From positions 2,137 through 66,136 of the forward strand of contig CALUCM010000004.1 of NCBI GenBank assembly GCA_943914555.1: a stretch of 64,000 nucleotides of DNA, in the 5' to 3' direction. Below the pieces are notes generated by a model. That model saw only the letters and a list, made by a program, of their open reading frames with translations, searched no databases and was not told the origin of the DNA. The number at the start of each line of letters is the position of its first letter. The first letter of the stretch is position 1. A program made the position numbers and the translations under genes. This document shows positions 53,157 to 63,386 of this stretch, in pieces. Origin of the DNA: an uncultured Francisella sp. (GTDB lineage: Bacteria > Pseudomonadota > Gammaproteobacteria > Burkholderiales > Neisseriaceae).

Positions 53157-54596
53157 TCAGCGTTTTTTAATAGAAACTTGCCGTTTTTTCGGGTTCAGGC
53201 GCTTTTTTACCTCTCTTTTTGCAATTCGCTTACTACGCATTTCACGACGCAGAGTTTGCTGCTTGCTCGCCCCTTTATTCCTAGCATCATAAGGGTTCTC
53301 AGTAGTAACATAATTGATTTTAAGTGGGGTACCCTGCAAATCAAAAGCTTTGCTCAAATATTTGCTCAGATAACGCGTATAACTTTCAGATACTCTATCC
53401 AATGAATTGCCATGAATGATCACAGTAGGAGGATTGCTCCCTCCCTGATGTGCATAACGCATCTTGGGTCGAAAACCAGCTCTTTGAGGAGGTGCTTGCT
53501 TTTCAATTGCCATGTGTAATAGACGAGTCAGCTGCGGTGTAGGTAATTTCCTGAACGCCGACTCATAGGCTTCTTGCACTGCTTTTAATAACTTATTAAC
53601 TCCATTACCTTTTAACGCTGATATTTCTAGTACTTTGGCATAATCTAAAAAATATAACTTTCTTAAAATACCTTCCTTAATTTGTGCCGCTTCTCTTTTA
53701 GACAATAGATCCCATTTATTTAGTACAATCACACAAGCTTTACCCAGCTGATCAGCAAATCCTGCTAAAGTAGCATCTTGTTCTGCGATGGCTTCACTAG
53801 CATCTAATACTAAAACTACTACATTACATTGTTCAATAGCGCGTAGAGATTTTAATACCGAAAATTTTTCAATAGCCTCTTTAACTCTGCCTTTTCGTCT
53901 TACTCCTGCGGTATCAATCACGCGATAATGCTGCTCTTTTTTTATAAAATCTATCAAAATCGCATCGCGCGTAGTCCCTGCTTCACTTGAAGTAATCAAA
54001 CGGTTTTCACCAATTAATGCATTAACCAGAGTTGATTTACCAACATTTGGCCTACCAATGACAGCAAAACAAGGATACTGCACCATGACTTGTTCATCCA
54101 CACAAGTAAATGGCGCAAGAATATCATTAATCAGCTCACCTACTCCTTCATTATGTGCCGCTGAAATTACGTAAGGGTCGCCTAATCCCAAACGATAAAA
54201 TTCAGCTTTGGCTAATTCTCGTGATAAGCCTTCAGCTTTATTAAGGACCACGTGTACAGGAGATGCTTGACAGCGCAGTATTTGGGCAATTATTTCATCC
54301 TGTGTATGTAAACCAGCGCGCGCATCCAAAAGAAATATGATCACATCAGCCTCTTTAATAGCCAGACGCGTTTGTTTGCCCATTTCCTGCACAAGCCCAT
54401 CCTCTTCATCTGGTTGAAAACCACCAGTGTCAATTAATAGATAAGGTTTATCACCAACCTGGCCATGGCCATAATGCCGATCACGGGTTAAACCCGGCTG
54501 ATCAGCAACCAAGGCATCCCTGCTTTTAGTGAGTGCATTAAAAAGCGTGGACTTACCAACGTTGGGCCGTCCAACAATCACAATTGTCGGCTTCAT
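53157..54596 (-). CDS. der: GTPase Der (EngA), tandem G domains plus KH-like domain
   Basis: It has two G1 motifs, GRPNVGKSTLFN and GRPNVGKSTLVN, and is 479 aa with a basic C-terminal tail. Confidence 0.93.
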   Translation of the reverse strand: MKPTIVIVGRPNVGKSTLFNALTKSRDALVADQPGLTRDRHYGHGQVGDKPYLLIDTGGFQPDEEDGLVQEMGKQTRLAIKEADVIIFLLDARAGLHTQDEIIAQILRCQASPVHVVLNKAEGLSRELAKAEFYRLGLGDPYVISAAHNEGVGELINDILAPFTCVDEQVMVQYPCFAVIGRPNVGKSTLVNALIGENRLITSSEAGTTRDAILIDFIKKEQHYRVIDTAGVRRKGRVKEAIEKFSVLKSLRAIEQCNVVVLVLDASEAIAEQDATLAGFADQLGKACVIVLNKWDLLSKREAAQIKEGILRKLYFLDYAKVLEISALKGNGVNKLLKAVQEAYESAFRKLPTPQLTRLLHMAIEKQAPPQRAGFRPKMRYAHQGGSNPPTVIIHGNSLDRVSESYTRYLSKYLSKAFDLQGTPLKINYVTTENPYDARNKGASKQQTLRREMRSKRIAKREVKKRLNPKKRQVSIKKR

Positions 54597-55252
54597 TGAG
54601 TCAGATGAGTGATTTTCTTGGCTTCAATCTGTGAACGGATTTGTTCAATATCTTCTTTACTTACCACTGGATTGGGTTTGGGCAAAGCAGCAATGGCGCG
54701 ATTATAAGCAGCTACTGCTGACTTTTCATCACCTTTGGCTATATAGATATCACCACGCAAATCTTTTAATAAAAAATCTAATTCGGGAGCGACTTTTTCA
54801 TCAGTCAAATGTAAAGCTTCATCAAACTTTTTTTCACTTAACTTAACATTGACTAAATTAATAATTGCAGATACATGAAGAAATTCATCATGTTGATGAT
54901 CATATACCCACTGAAAATGGCGTTGTGCATCGGTAAGTCGACCATTATAGAATGCCAATATGCCTTCAGTAGTAGTGGCAATGCTAGCAGCCGCTGTGTT
55001 AGCATAGTTATTTTGTAATATCTGCAAGGTTTCGAGAGCCTCAGCCTCCTTTTTATGTTGCATTTGAGTCTGATAAGTAACTAATAAATCCGTAGCTTGC
55101 TCATTTTTGTCATGTCGATAGTTACGCAAAGCTACAAAACATAAATAAACCAATGCCACACACAATAGAGCCAAAACACACCATTTTAAGCCCCCATGCC
55201 AAATATTCTTAACACGCTCTAATTCTTCTTGTTGTTGCAAATCTAGTGCCAT
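54593..55252 (-). CDS. yfgM: YfgM-family (UPF0070) membrane-anchored TPR-like protein
   Basis: It has a single N-terminal TM helix, is 219 aa, and occupies the hisS-yfgM-(bamB)-der position as in E. coli. Confidence 0.6.
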   Translation of the reverse strand: MALDLQQQEELERVKNIWHGGLKWCVLALLCVALVYLCFVALRNYRHDKNEQATDLLVTYQTQMQHKKEAEALETLQILQNNYANTAAASIATTTEGILAFYNGRLTDAQRHFQWVYDHQHDEFLHVSAIINLVNVKLSEKKFDEALHLTDEKVAPELDFLLKDLRGDIYIAKGDEKSAVAAYNRAIAALPKPNPVVSKEDIEQIRSQIEAKKITHLTQ

Positions 55253-55255
55253 TTT

Positions 55256-56569
55256 TCATTCTATCCATTGATATAGGGCTTGTGAAAGCGCTTCAGGGTC
55301 ACTTATCTCAAATTCTCGTTGCCCTTGTTTACCTGCCAAATCTTTGATACTGATGACATGATTCTTTACTTCTTCTTCACCAATAATCAAAGCATAACGA
55401 GCGCCAAATTTATTCGCCTTTTGAAATTGAGAACTCATTTTCTGACGGCTAAAAAAAGGTATATAAATCTGCCAGCCCTTTTGTCGTAACATAGTAGCAT
55501 ATCTTAAGCCTTTATTTAACGCCTCATCTCCCTGGCTAATTAAATAAAAAACTGCATTCTTGACTTTTGTCTGTGCACAAGAAGTCATTGACTTAGAAAA
55601 ATCTTTCTGCTGCTGCACAAGTAGAACTAACCGTTCCATCCCCAAAGCAAAACCGGTTCCTGGCACATCATCTTTATTTCCCAAAGCAGAAAGTAGGCCA
55701 TTGTAACGTCCCCCAGCACACAAAGTTCCTTGACTACCCAATTGATCAGTCACCCATTCAAAGACAGTGTGATTGTAATAATCTAGGCCGCGCACTAAAC
55801 GAGGATTTTCTTGGTAAGGAATATTTAAAGCGTGTAGACCTTCTTTAAGCTCATTATAAAAAATCAAAGAAGGACTGCCTTTTGCTAAAGAATCAATCAG
55901 CTTAGGAGAATCTTCGCATATCTTTTGCAAGGTAGGATTCTTGCTATCCAGTATACGCAAAGGATTGGTGATCAAACGACGCCGACTATCTTCATCAAGA
56001 ATTGATTCATAAGTCTTTAAATAATCGATCAAACTGCGTCGGTATCGCTGCCTCTCTTCATAAGTACCTAAGGTGTTAATCTGTAGAGTGATTTGATCAC
56101 TTAGCCCTAGACGTCGCCATAATTCATAAACCATGGCCAAAAGTTCAATATCTGCTTGAACTTTTGCAAAACCCAACACCTCTACACCGAATTGATGAAA
56201 TTGCCGATAACGTCCCTTTTGGGGCCGTTCACGTCGAAACATTGGTCCATAGTACCATAACTTGCGCGGACCATTATAAAGATAATTACGCTCTATTACC
56301 GCACGCAATACAGAAGCAGTGCCTTCTGGACGCAAGACAACCTGTTCTTCTGATTGATCAATAAAACGGTACATTTCTTTACCCACTACATCAGTTTCTT
56401 CTCCAACTGAACGGGCAAATAGTTCATACATTTCTAAAATAGGGGTACGTATCTCACCATAGGCATAAAGCGCAATCCACTCTCGTAACACACTCTCTAA
56501 TACTTGCCAGATGTTAAGTTCTTCTGGCAATAAATCTTGCATACCTGTTAATAGATGATACTTTTTCAT
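55256..56569 (-). CDS. hisS: Histidine--tRNA ligase
   Basis: It has class II aaRS motifs and MKKYHLLTGMQDLLPEE matches E. coli MAKNIQAIRGMNDYLPGE. The ATG at 56569 is preferred over the GTG at 56578. Confidence 0.92.
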   Translation of the reverse strand: MKKYHLLTGMQDLLPEELNIWQVLESVLREWIALYAYGEIRTPILEMYELFARSVGEETDVVGKEMYRFIDQSEEQVVLRPEGTASVLRAVIERNYLYNGPRKLWYYGPMFRRERPQKGRYRQFHQFGVEVLGFAKVQADIELLAMVYELWRRLGLSDQITLQINTLGTYEERQRYRRSLIDYLKTYESILDEDSRRRLITNPLRILDSKNPTLQKICEDSPKLIDSLAKGSPSLIFYNELKEGLHALNIPYQENPRLVRGLDYYNHTVFEWVTDQLGSQGTLCAGGRYNGLLSALGNKDDVPGTGFALGMERLVLLVQQQKDFSKSMTSCAQTKVKNAVFYLISQGDEALNKGLRYATMLRQKGWQIYIPFFSRQKMSSQFQKANKFGARYALIIGEEEVKNHVISIKDLAGKQGQREFEISDPEALSQALYQWIE

Positions 56570-56578
56570 GCATGACAC

Positions 56579-57817
56579 TCAATTAATTGTTTGAATTGTT
56601 GCTGCGTCAGATAGCCGATAATGGGTATTCACATAGTCTTTTAAAATAGCAATAAACTCCCTCACCAAACCTTCACCACGCAAAGTAACTGTTTTTTCAC
56701 CATCAATATATACGGGAGCAACTGGAACCTCCCCCGCACCTGGCAAACTAATACCAATATTGGCTAATTTACTTTCTCCAGGACCATTGACTACACAGCC
56801 CATTACTGCAACTTTCATATTTTCAACACCAGGATGGCTCTTTTGCCAGATAGGCATTTGCTGCTCTAGATAAGCTTGGATTTCTAAAGCCATTCGTTGA
56901 AAAAAAACACTGGTAGTGCGCCCACAGCCAGGACAAGCTGTAACAGAAGGCATAAAGCTACGTAAATCCATACTCTGTAACAATTCTTGTGCAACTTTCA
57001 CTTCTTTGGTTCTAGACTCTCCTGGAATAGGGGTTAAGGATAAACGAATAGTGTCGCCAATCCCCTCTTGCAGCAAAATAGCTAAAGCCGCACTGGAAGC
57101 CACAATCCCTCTACTGCCCAAACCAGCCTCCGTTAAACCCAAATGAAGAGGATAAATACAGCGAGAAGCCAATTCACGATATACCGATATCAATTGCTGC
57201 ACTTTACTTACCTTACAGGAAAGAATAATTTTTTCCGCAGGTAAACCAATTTCTCTTGCACGCGCTGCAGATTCTAATGCAGAAATCACTAAGCCCTTTT
57301 CTACCACTGCAAAGTTACTCAATGGCTGGTCCAATTGACGATTTTCATCCATCAAGCGGCTCATCACTTTTTTATCTAAGCTTCCCCAATTCACTCCTAT
57401 ACGAATCACTTTGTTATTTTTTATCGCCTGTTCAATCATAAAAGCAAATTTATCATTGCCATGACTACCTTGAGCAACATTTCCTGGATTAATACGATAT
57501 TTATCCAAAGCTCGTCCACACCCGGGATAATCTCGTAACAAACGATCCCCATTAAAATGGAAATCACCCACTAAAGGGAGTTCTTCATAACCTTTGGCTA
57601 TTAATTGATCTTTAATTGCTTCTACCCGAGAAGCTGCTTCAGCAGTGTTGATAGTCAAACGCACTAACTCAGAGCCGGCTTGAGCCAATTGAATAATTTG
57701 ACTAACAGTAGCTTTTATATCAGCAGTATCAGTATTAGTCATTGACTGCACACGCACAGGGTAAGCAGAACCTAGCCATAATGAGCCTATTTTGATCTGA
57801 ACCGTTGGGCGACGCAC
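56579..57817 (-). CDS. ispG: 4-hydroxy-3-methylbut-2-en-1-yl diphosphate synthase (IspG/GcpE)
   Basis: It has [11 protein letters not shown] and the C-terminal Fe-S cysteines CPGCGR...GCVVNGPGE, and is 412 aa. Confidence 0.92.
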   Translation of the reverse strand: MRRPTVQIKIGSLWLGSAYPVRVQSMTNTDTADIKATVSQIIQLAQAGSELVRLTINTAEAASRVEAIKDQLIAKGYEELPLVGDFHFNGDRLLRDYPGCGRALDKYRINPGNVAQGSHGNDKFAFMIEQAIKNNKVIRIGVNWGSLDKKVMSRLMDENRQLDQPLSNFAVVEKGLVISALESAARAREIGLPAEKIILSCKVSKVQQLISVYRELASRCIYPLHLGLTEAGLGSRGIVASSAALAILLQEGIGDTIRLSLTPIPGESRTKEVKVAQELLQSMDLRSFMPSVTACPGCGRTTSVFFQRMALEIQAYLEQQMPIWQKSHPGVENMKVAVMGCVVNGPGESKLANIGISLPGAGEVPVAPVYIDGEKTVTLRGEGLVREFIAILKDYVNTHYRLSDAATIQTIN

Positions 57818-57838
57818 TAGTTGATGTTCCTTTATTAT

Positions 57839-58600
57839 TTAATGGAGTAGCTGCCAAGTTTCTTTGGCATAGGGGAAATACTTTTTTAGTTGATTAATAT
57901 AATATTGACGCAAATCATTATTGTGTAAATGACTAGCCAATTGCACTGCAAAAGACAGATCTTCTGGCCTAGGAGGAGGATTTAATTCATCATAACGATC
58001 TAAATATTGTTTGGCCTTAATATAGTGACCTTGTATATCATAAAGTCGTGCCATTTCTAAAAAACTATAAGGAAAATTAGGAGCAGCTGTTATGGCTTGG
58101 TGCAACGTTTCCTTGGCCTGATCGTATTGTCCAAGACGGGACAAGCAGATGCCCTTATTCATATAAGCAACTTGAATATTTGGATTGGTTAAATCAGCAG
58201 CGGCCCGATCAAAATATACTAAAGATTCTCCTGGACTTCTTAATGAATCGCAAACAAACCAACCATAGGCATTATTGATTTCAGCATTGCGCGGTGCCAA
58301 AGATAAAGCTTTGCTATATGCGCTTTGCGCTGCGGTGTTATTTTTCATGCTTTGATAGATATATGCCTGAGCCATCCAAGAAGTAAAACGATTGCTATCA
58401 AGAGCAATTACCTCGTTGATGGTATTAATAGCAGAACGATAATTTCTGTTCTTGGCAAGTTCAATGGCCAAAACTGTTTTGGTATCAATCAAATTAGCTT
58501 TTTTTTCTTCAGGACTAGTTTTATCATGATCTAGGTGCCAAGAAGCACAACCAATTAACGTACTAAATAACAACAAAAAAATCCAAACAGGTAATCTCAT
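57839..58600 (-). CDS. pilF: Type IV pilus biogenesis/stability lipoprotein PilF (PilW of Neisseria), TPR repeats
   Basis: It has a lipobox LIGC and TPR repeats, is 253 aa, and sits in the conserved rlmN-pilF-ispG position seen in Pseudomonas. Confidence 0.75.
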   Translation of the reverse strand: MRLPVWIFLLLFSTLIGCASWHLDHDKTSPEEKKANLIDTKTVLAIELAKNRNYRSAINTINEVIALDSNRFTSWMAQAYIYQSMKNNTAAQSAYSKALSLAPRNAEINNAYGWFVCDSLRSPGESLVYFDRAAADLTNPNIQVAYMNKGICLSRLGQYDQAKETLHQAITAAPNFPYSFLEMARLYDIQGHYIKAKQYLDRYDELNPPPRPEDLSFAVQLASHLHNNDLRQYYINQLKKYFPYAKETWQLLH

Positions 58601-58616
58601 AGACTCTCTCCTAGTC

Positions 58617-59696
58617 TTACTGAATTTGCATGATACTCTTACTGCGAGTTGTTTTGTCTTTTACTTTCCCTACCAATTGGCCGCAAGCGGCATCAATCTC
58701 ATCCCCACGTGTTTTGCGCACAGTCACCACCAAACCAGCTTCTTGTAATATCTCTTTAAATACCCGAATATTTTGCGGATGAGAGCATTTAAAATCAGAG
58801 TGCGCAAAAGAATTAAAAGGAATTAAGTTAAATTTACAGGGTAAATCTTTAACTAGCTGCAATAAGGCTTTGGCCTGCGATGGTTTATCATTAATACCAT
58901 CAATCATAGTGTATTCAAAAGTAATGAAATCGCGAGGTGCTCTAGCTAAATACAGCTGACAAGTTTTCATTAACTCTTGCAAAGGATATTTTTTATTGAT
59001 GGGGACCAAAAAATCTCTTAACTCGTTAGTTGGTGCATGTAAAGACACTGCAAGTGACACTGGGCACTCCTGCGCTAGCTGTTTTATTTGCGGCAATAGG
59101 CCAGAAGTGGAAACTGTTACCCGACGCCTTGATAAACCATAAGCGTGATCATCCAACATCAAGCTTAAAGCTGAGATCAGTGCTTGAAAATTGGCTAGCG
59201 GCTCCCCCATGCCCATCATCACCACATTAGATACCACACGTTTATTTGCTAAGCTACCCATACGATAATTAGCCCACCATAATTGGCCAATGATCTCATC
59301 TGCTGATAAATTGCGATTAAACCCCTGTTTACCAGTGGAGCAAAAACTACAATTTAATGCACAGCCAATTTGAGAAGAAACACACAAAGTATTTCTATCT
59401 CGTTCAGGAATATATACGCACTCCACCGCATTAAAGGCATCTACCCCCAATAGCCATTTAATGGTACCATCGTTGGCTTTTTTTTCTAATTGTACAGGCG
59501 GAATTTTTATCATTGCTCTTTCATACAACGCTTTTCTAAATGACTTTGCTAAATCAGTCATTTGCTCAAAATCTGTGATTTGATTTTGATGAATCCAACG
59601 CAAAAGCTGCTGAGCGCGAAAAGGCTTTTCACCCCATTCTTTTAAAAGCTCTGTTAAAGATAGCCGAGCACAACCCAGCAAATTAACGCGTTCCAT
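58617..59696 (-). CDS. rlmN: Dual-specificity RNA methyltransferase RlmN (radical SAM)
   Basis: It has the radical-SAM motif [11 protein letters not shown] plus GMGEPLAN, is 359 aa, and is adjacent to ndk. Confidence 0.93.
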   Translation of the reverse strand: MERVNLLGCARLSLTELLKEWGEKPFRAQQLLRWIHQNQITDFEQMTDLAKSFRKALYERAMIKIPPVQLEKKANDGTIKWLLGVDAFNAVECVYIPERDRNTLCVSSQIGCALNCSFCSTGKQGFNRNLSADEIIGQLWWANYRMGSLANKRVVSNVVMMGMGEPLANFQALISALSLMLDDHAYGLSRRRVTVSTSGLLPQIKQLAQECPVSLAVSLHAPTNELRDFLVPINKKYPLQELMKTCQLYLARAPRDFITFEYTMIDGINDKPSQAKALLQLVKDLPCKFNLIPFNSFAHSDFKCSHPQNIRVFKEILQEAGLVVTVRKTRGDEIDAACGQLVGKVKDKTTRSKSIMQIQ

Positions 59697-59707
59697 TTTA
59701 AACGTTG

Positions 59708-60133
59708 TTAGTACGAAAAAATCTCGTTTTCTTTAAAAAAATAATTGATTTCGATTTTAGCATTGCTCAGACTATCTGAACCATGCACCGCATTAGCTTC
59801 TACAGAAGAAGCAAAATCATAACGAATGGTACCTTCTTTGGCTTTTTTCGGATCAGTGGCTCCCATTAATTCGCGATTCATTGCTACTGCATTTTCTCCC
59901 TCTAATACTTGGACAACCACTGGCCCAGAGATCATGTACTGAACTAAGTCAACAAAAAAGGCCTTATCTTGGTGTACGGCATAAAAACCTTCAACCTCTT
60001 CTTTTGTCAGTTGCTTCATCTGCAAAGCAACAATTTTTAAACCATTTTTTTCAAAACGACTTTCAATTTCTCCAATCACATTCTTTGCCACTGCATCAGG
60101 CTTAATAATTGACAAAGTTCTCTCGACTGCCAT
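59708..60133 (-). CDS. ndk: Nucleoside diphosphate kinase
   Basis: [15 protein letters not shown] matches E. coli MAIERTFSIIKPNAV. The NAVHGSDS active-site His region is present. Confidence 0.95.
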   Translation of the reverse strand: MAVERTLSIIKPDAVAKNVIGEIESRFEKNGLKIVALQMKQLTKEEVEGFYAVHQDKAFFVDLVQYMISGPVVVQVLEGENAVAMNRELMGATDPKKAKEGTIRYDFASSVEANAVHGSDSLSNAKIEINYFFKENEIFSY

Positions 60134-60175
60134 ACTCATCCTTTATCGATATATTTGCAAAAGAGCCTTATCTTA

Positions 60176-61291
60176 TCATTTCATCTGTAGATGCGGTAGA
60201 TCCAAGTAAGCTTTAGACTGCATTTCCCGCATGCGACTTGCAGTACGCACGAATTCCTCTGCAAACGGACCTTCTGTATAAAGCTTTTCTGGAGAAGTTT
60301 CCATGGTCATCGCTACTTTGACATGGCAATCATAAAAAATATCAAATAACCATGTTAGTCGGCGTGCTTCTTGTTGCTGATTAGCGTTTAGTTTTTTTAC
60401 ACCAGAGATAAATACATAGGAATAACATTTAGCTAACTCTAAATAATCTCTCTGCGAACGAGGCTGGCAACAAAGTTCCTTAAAACCAAACCAAATAGCA
60501 TTATCACTGCTTTTCTTGGCTTGTACAGTATGACCTAAAATTGTAAAACAAGGATCAACTGCCACTTCACCTTCACTAACTCTAATAAATAATTCATTAA
60601 GATGCTTTTCCTGATTTGCATCAAGACCTTTAAAAAAAAACTCTGCTTGATCAGGATAAGTTTGGCGGTAATCAACACCCCCATCTACATTGACAATATG
60701 AAAACATTTTTCCAGTAAAGCAATGGTTGGTAAGAAACTGGAACGGTTTAATCCTTGCTCATAAAGTTTATTGGGTGGGAAATTAGAAGTAGCAACTATG
60801 ACCATATGATGCGCCAACATTGACTCAAGTAAACGACCCAGAATCATTGCATCGGCAATATCGCTAACATGGAATTCATCAAAACATAAGACACGATAGT
60901 TTGAAGCAAATTTCTTAGCTATAGTGGTCAATGGATCTTGATGATGTTTATATTCCCGCATTTTTTGATGCACTTCTGCCATAAAAGCGTGAAAATGAAT
61001 ACGTTTTTTATTACTAATGGGCAAACATTGGAAAAAAGCGTTCATTAAAAAGCTTTTACCACGTCCAACACCACCCCATAGATAAATGCTCTGCGGGATT
61101 GTCTTACTAATAAAACCAATGCGCCTTAACAAGGACTTATTTTTCTTTTCATAATTAATGATCGCCTGCCACAACCCATCCAAAACCGTGATGGCATGAC
61201 GTTGCGCTACATCAATTACAAAATGAGACTTCTGCGCGATTTTCTCATACCAAGCAAGTGGACGTAAATCTTGAACTATTTCTACATCCAT
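60176..61291 (-). CDS. zapE: Cell division protein ZapE (AFG1-like ATPase)
   Basis: It has Walker A WGGVGRGKSFLM, is 371 aa, and has AFG1/YhcM-family architecture. Confidence 0.85.
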   Translation of the reverse strand: MDVEIVQDLRPLAWYEKIAQKSHFVIDVAQRHAITVLDGLWQAIINYEKKNKSLLRRIGFISKTIPQSIYLWGGVGRGKSFLMNAFFQCLPISNKKRIHFHAFMAEVHQKMREYKHHQDPLTTIAKKFASNYRVLCFDEFHVSDIADAMILGRLLESMLAHHMVIVATSNFPPNKLYEQGLNRSSFLPTIALLEKCFHIVNVDGGVDYRQTYPDQAEFFFKGLDANQEKHLNELFIRVSEGEVAVDPCFTILGHTVQAKKSSDNAIWFGFKELCCQPRSQRDYLELAKCYSYVFISGVKKLNANQQQEARRLTWLFDIFYDCHVKVAMTMETSPEKLYTEGPFAEEFVRTASRMREMQSKAYLDLPHLQMK

Positions 61292-61295
61292 TGGC

Positions 61296-63008
61296 TTATA
61301 CCTTACTTATCAAATTAAGAAGATGAGAAACAACATCTTCTGTACTGATTTTTTCTATCTGATCACAGCCACGTCGTTGATATTCAATAACACCTTGCTC
61401 TAAGCCTTTGGCACCAATAACAAGGCGATAGGGAATGCCAATAAGCTCTGAGTCATTCAATAATACACCTGCGCGTTCATCACGATCATCCAGTAAAACT
61501 TCCAGGCCAGCACTCATCAATTCCTGATATAGTTGATCGCTGTATTGCTTTATTGCAGCATTTTTATGGTAATTCATAGGCACAATCACTACAGTAAACG
61601 GCGCCAAGGCCAACGGCCAAATAATGCCTTTATCATCATGATTTTGCTCGATACTCGCTGCCATCACTCGGCTAATACCTAAGCCATAGCAACCCATTTT
61701 TATTGTTTTAGAATGACCATCTTGATCTAAAAATTTAGCTTGCATTGCTCGACTATATTGCTCTCCTAGTTCAAATATGTGCCCTACTTCAATACCTCGA
61801 GCCAGTTTTAATGTGCCCTGTCCATCTGGTGAAGGATCCCCTTCTTCTGCATTGCGAATATCCACAAACTGCGGCTCAGTACTATCTCTACCAAAGTTAA
61901 AACCAAGATAATGGTGATCCTTTTGGTTGGCTCCAACTACCCAATCACTTCCTTTCTCCAATGCATAATCGGCATATACTAATCCCTTAAAACCACACGG
62001 TCCTAAAAAGCCACTCTCTGAGTTAAAAAAATCTTGTAAAACCTCCTCAGAACAAAAATGTAATGGTTTTTTAACGCCCTTAAGGTGACTGGCTTTGACT
62101 TCATTTAACTGATGATCTCCACGCAGTAATAATAAAACAGGGGTATCCTTTCCACCTTCCACCACAATAGCTTTGATAGTACGCTCAATGGAAATATGTA
62201 AATAAGCTACCAAGGCATTAATAGTCTTAATCCCTGGTGTTGCTTTTAACTGCAATGCTTCATTTGCCGGTTTGCGCTCTCCTGGTAAACGAGCAAGAGG
62301 TGTCAATTCAATATTAGCTGCATAGTCAGATACTGTGCTATAGGCAATAAGATCTTCGCCATTTTTAGCAATCACTTGGAACTCATGGGAAGAAGAACCA
62401 CCGATACTGCCGTTATCAGCTGCAACAGCGCGAAATTTTAGACCCATACGTTTAAAAATATTGCTGTAACATGTATACATCTTCTGATAAGTTTCATGTA
62501 AAGAAACCTCATCAGCATGAAAAGAGTAGCCATCTTTCATAATAAATTCACGTGCGCGCATCACCCCAAAACGAGGGCGAATTTCATCACGAAATTTTGT
62601 TTGTATTTGATAAAAATTAACCGGCATCTGTTTGTAACTAGTCAGATGATTACGCATAAGATCGGTGATCACTTCTTCATGCGTTGGTCCATAACAAAAA
62701 TCCTTCCCATGCCTGTCCTGAAAACGCAATAATTCTCTGCCATATTTTTGCCAACGTCCTGATTCTCGCCACAGCGATGCAGGTTGCACCGTCGGCATTA
62801 ACAACTCTATCGCCCCTGCTTGATCCATTTCCTCACGCACAATTCTTTCAATTTTTTGTAATACACGACAACCTAATGGCATCCAAGTATATAAACCAGC
62901 GGCAGTTTTTCTAATTAAACCCGCACGCAGCATCAATTGGTGACTGGGAAGTTCTGCTTCACTTGGCACTTCCTTAAATGTTTCTATGTAATAATGAGAC
63001 GCTTTCAT
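61296..63008 (-). CDS. proS: Proline--tRNA ligase (bacterial type with editing insertion)
   Basis: 570 aa. The N-terminus [31 protein letters not shown] matches E. coli ProS [32 protein letters not shown]. Confidence 0.93.
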   Translation of the reverse strand: [570 protein letters not shown]

Positions 63009-63189
63009 GATATTCCCCGTTATTTGTGTGCAGTGGCTTTTTCAATATTTAAAGCTCGTGATTGTACACTAAGCCTGCCTGTTCATAATGATATTTTTAT
63101 CCTTGTCAAGCGGTTTTTCAAAACTTTTCGCTAAGTCACTAAATCATAAAAGATTTATCATAAGTATTTGAATAATAAAATTATTATCT

Positions 63190-63210
63190 AGTGACTAAAA
63201 TTTAGTCACT
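63190..63210. promoter_or_regulatory. Perfect inverted repeat AGTGACTAAA-a-TTTAGTCACT (10-1-10) with an extra half-site copy at 63124-63134
   Basis: The repeat was read directly from the sequence, in the 378-bp proS upstream / OMP-gene downstream intergenic region. It is operator-like. Confidence 0.4.
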
Positions 63211-63273
63211 CTTGGCTTGGTCTCTGATTTTTCAAGTTTTTTAGCAGCTAATACTTGATCATTTGCCCAGCTA

Positions 63274-63290
63274 TTCACAAAAATTGTGAA
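63274..63290. promoter_or_regulatory. Perfect inverted repeat TTCACAA-aaa-TTGTGAA (7-3-7)
   Basis: The repeat was read directly from the sequence, in the same intergenic region. Its arms are in the opposite order to a CRP site (TGTGA-N6-TCACA). Confidence 0.35.
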
Positions 63291-63386
63291 CAATAGAATA
63301 ACTTAACTAACTATTTGATTAAAAAAATATTCTCGATAAAAACAATGAAAAATATTGATTCTTACTTGATGACAAAAAACTCCCCC

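Noticed and set aside
63274-63290. CRP binding site
   Set aside because: The arms are TCACA...TGTGA, in the opposite order to the CRP consensus TGTGA-N6-TCACA, and the spacer is 5 nt, not 6.
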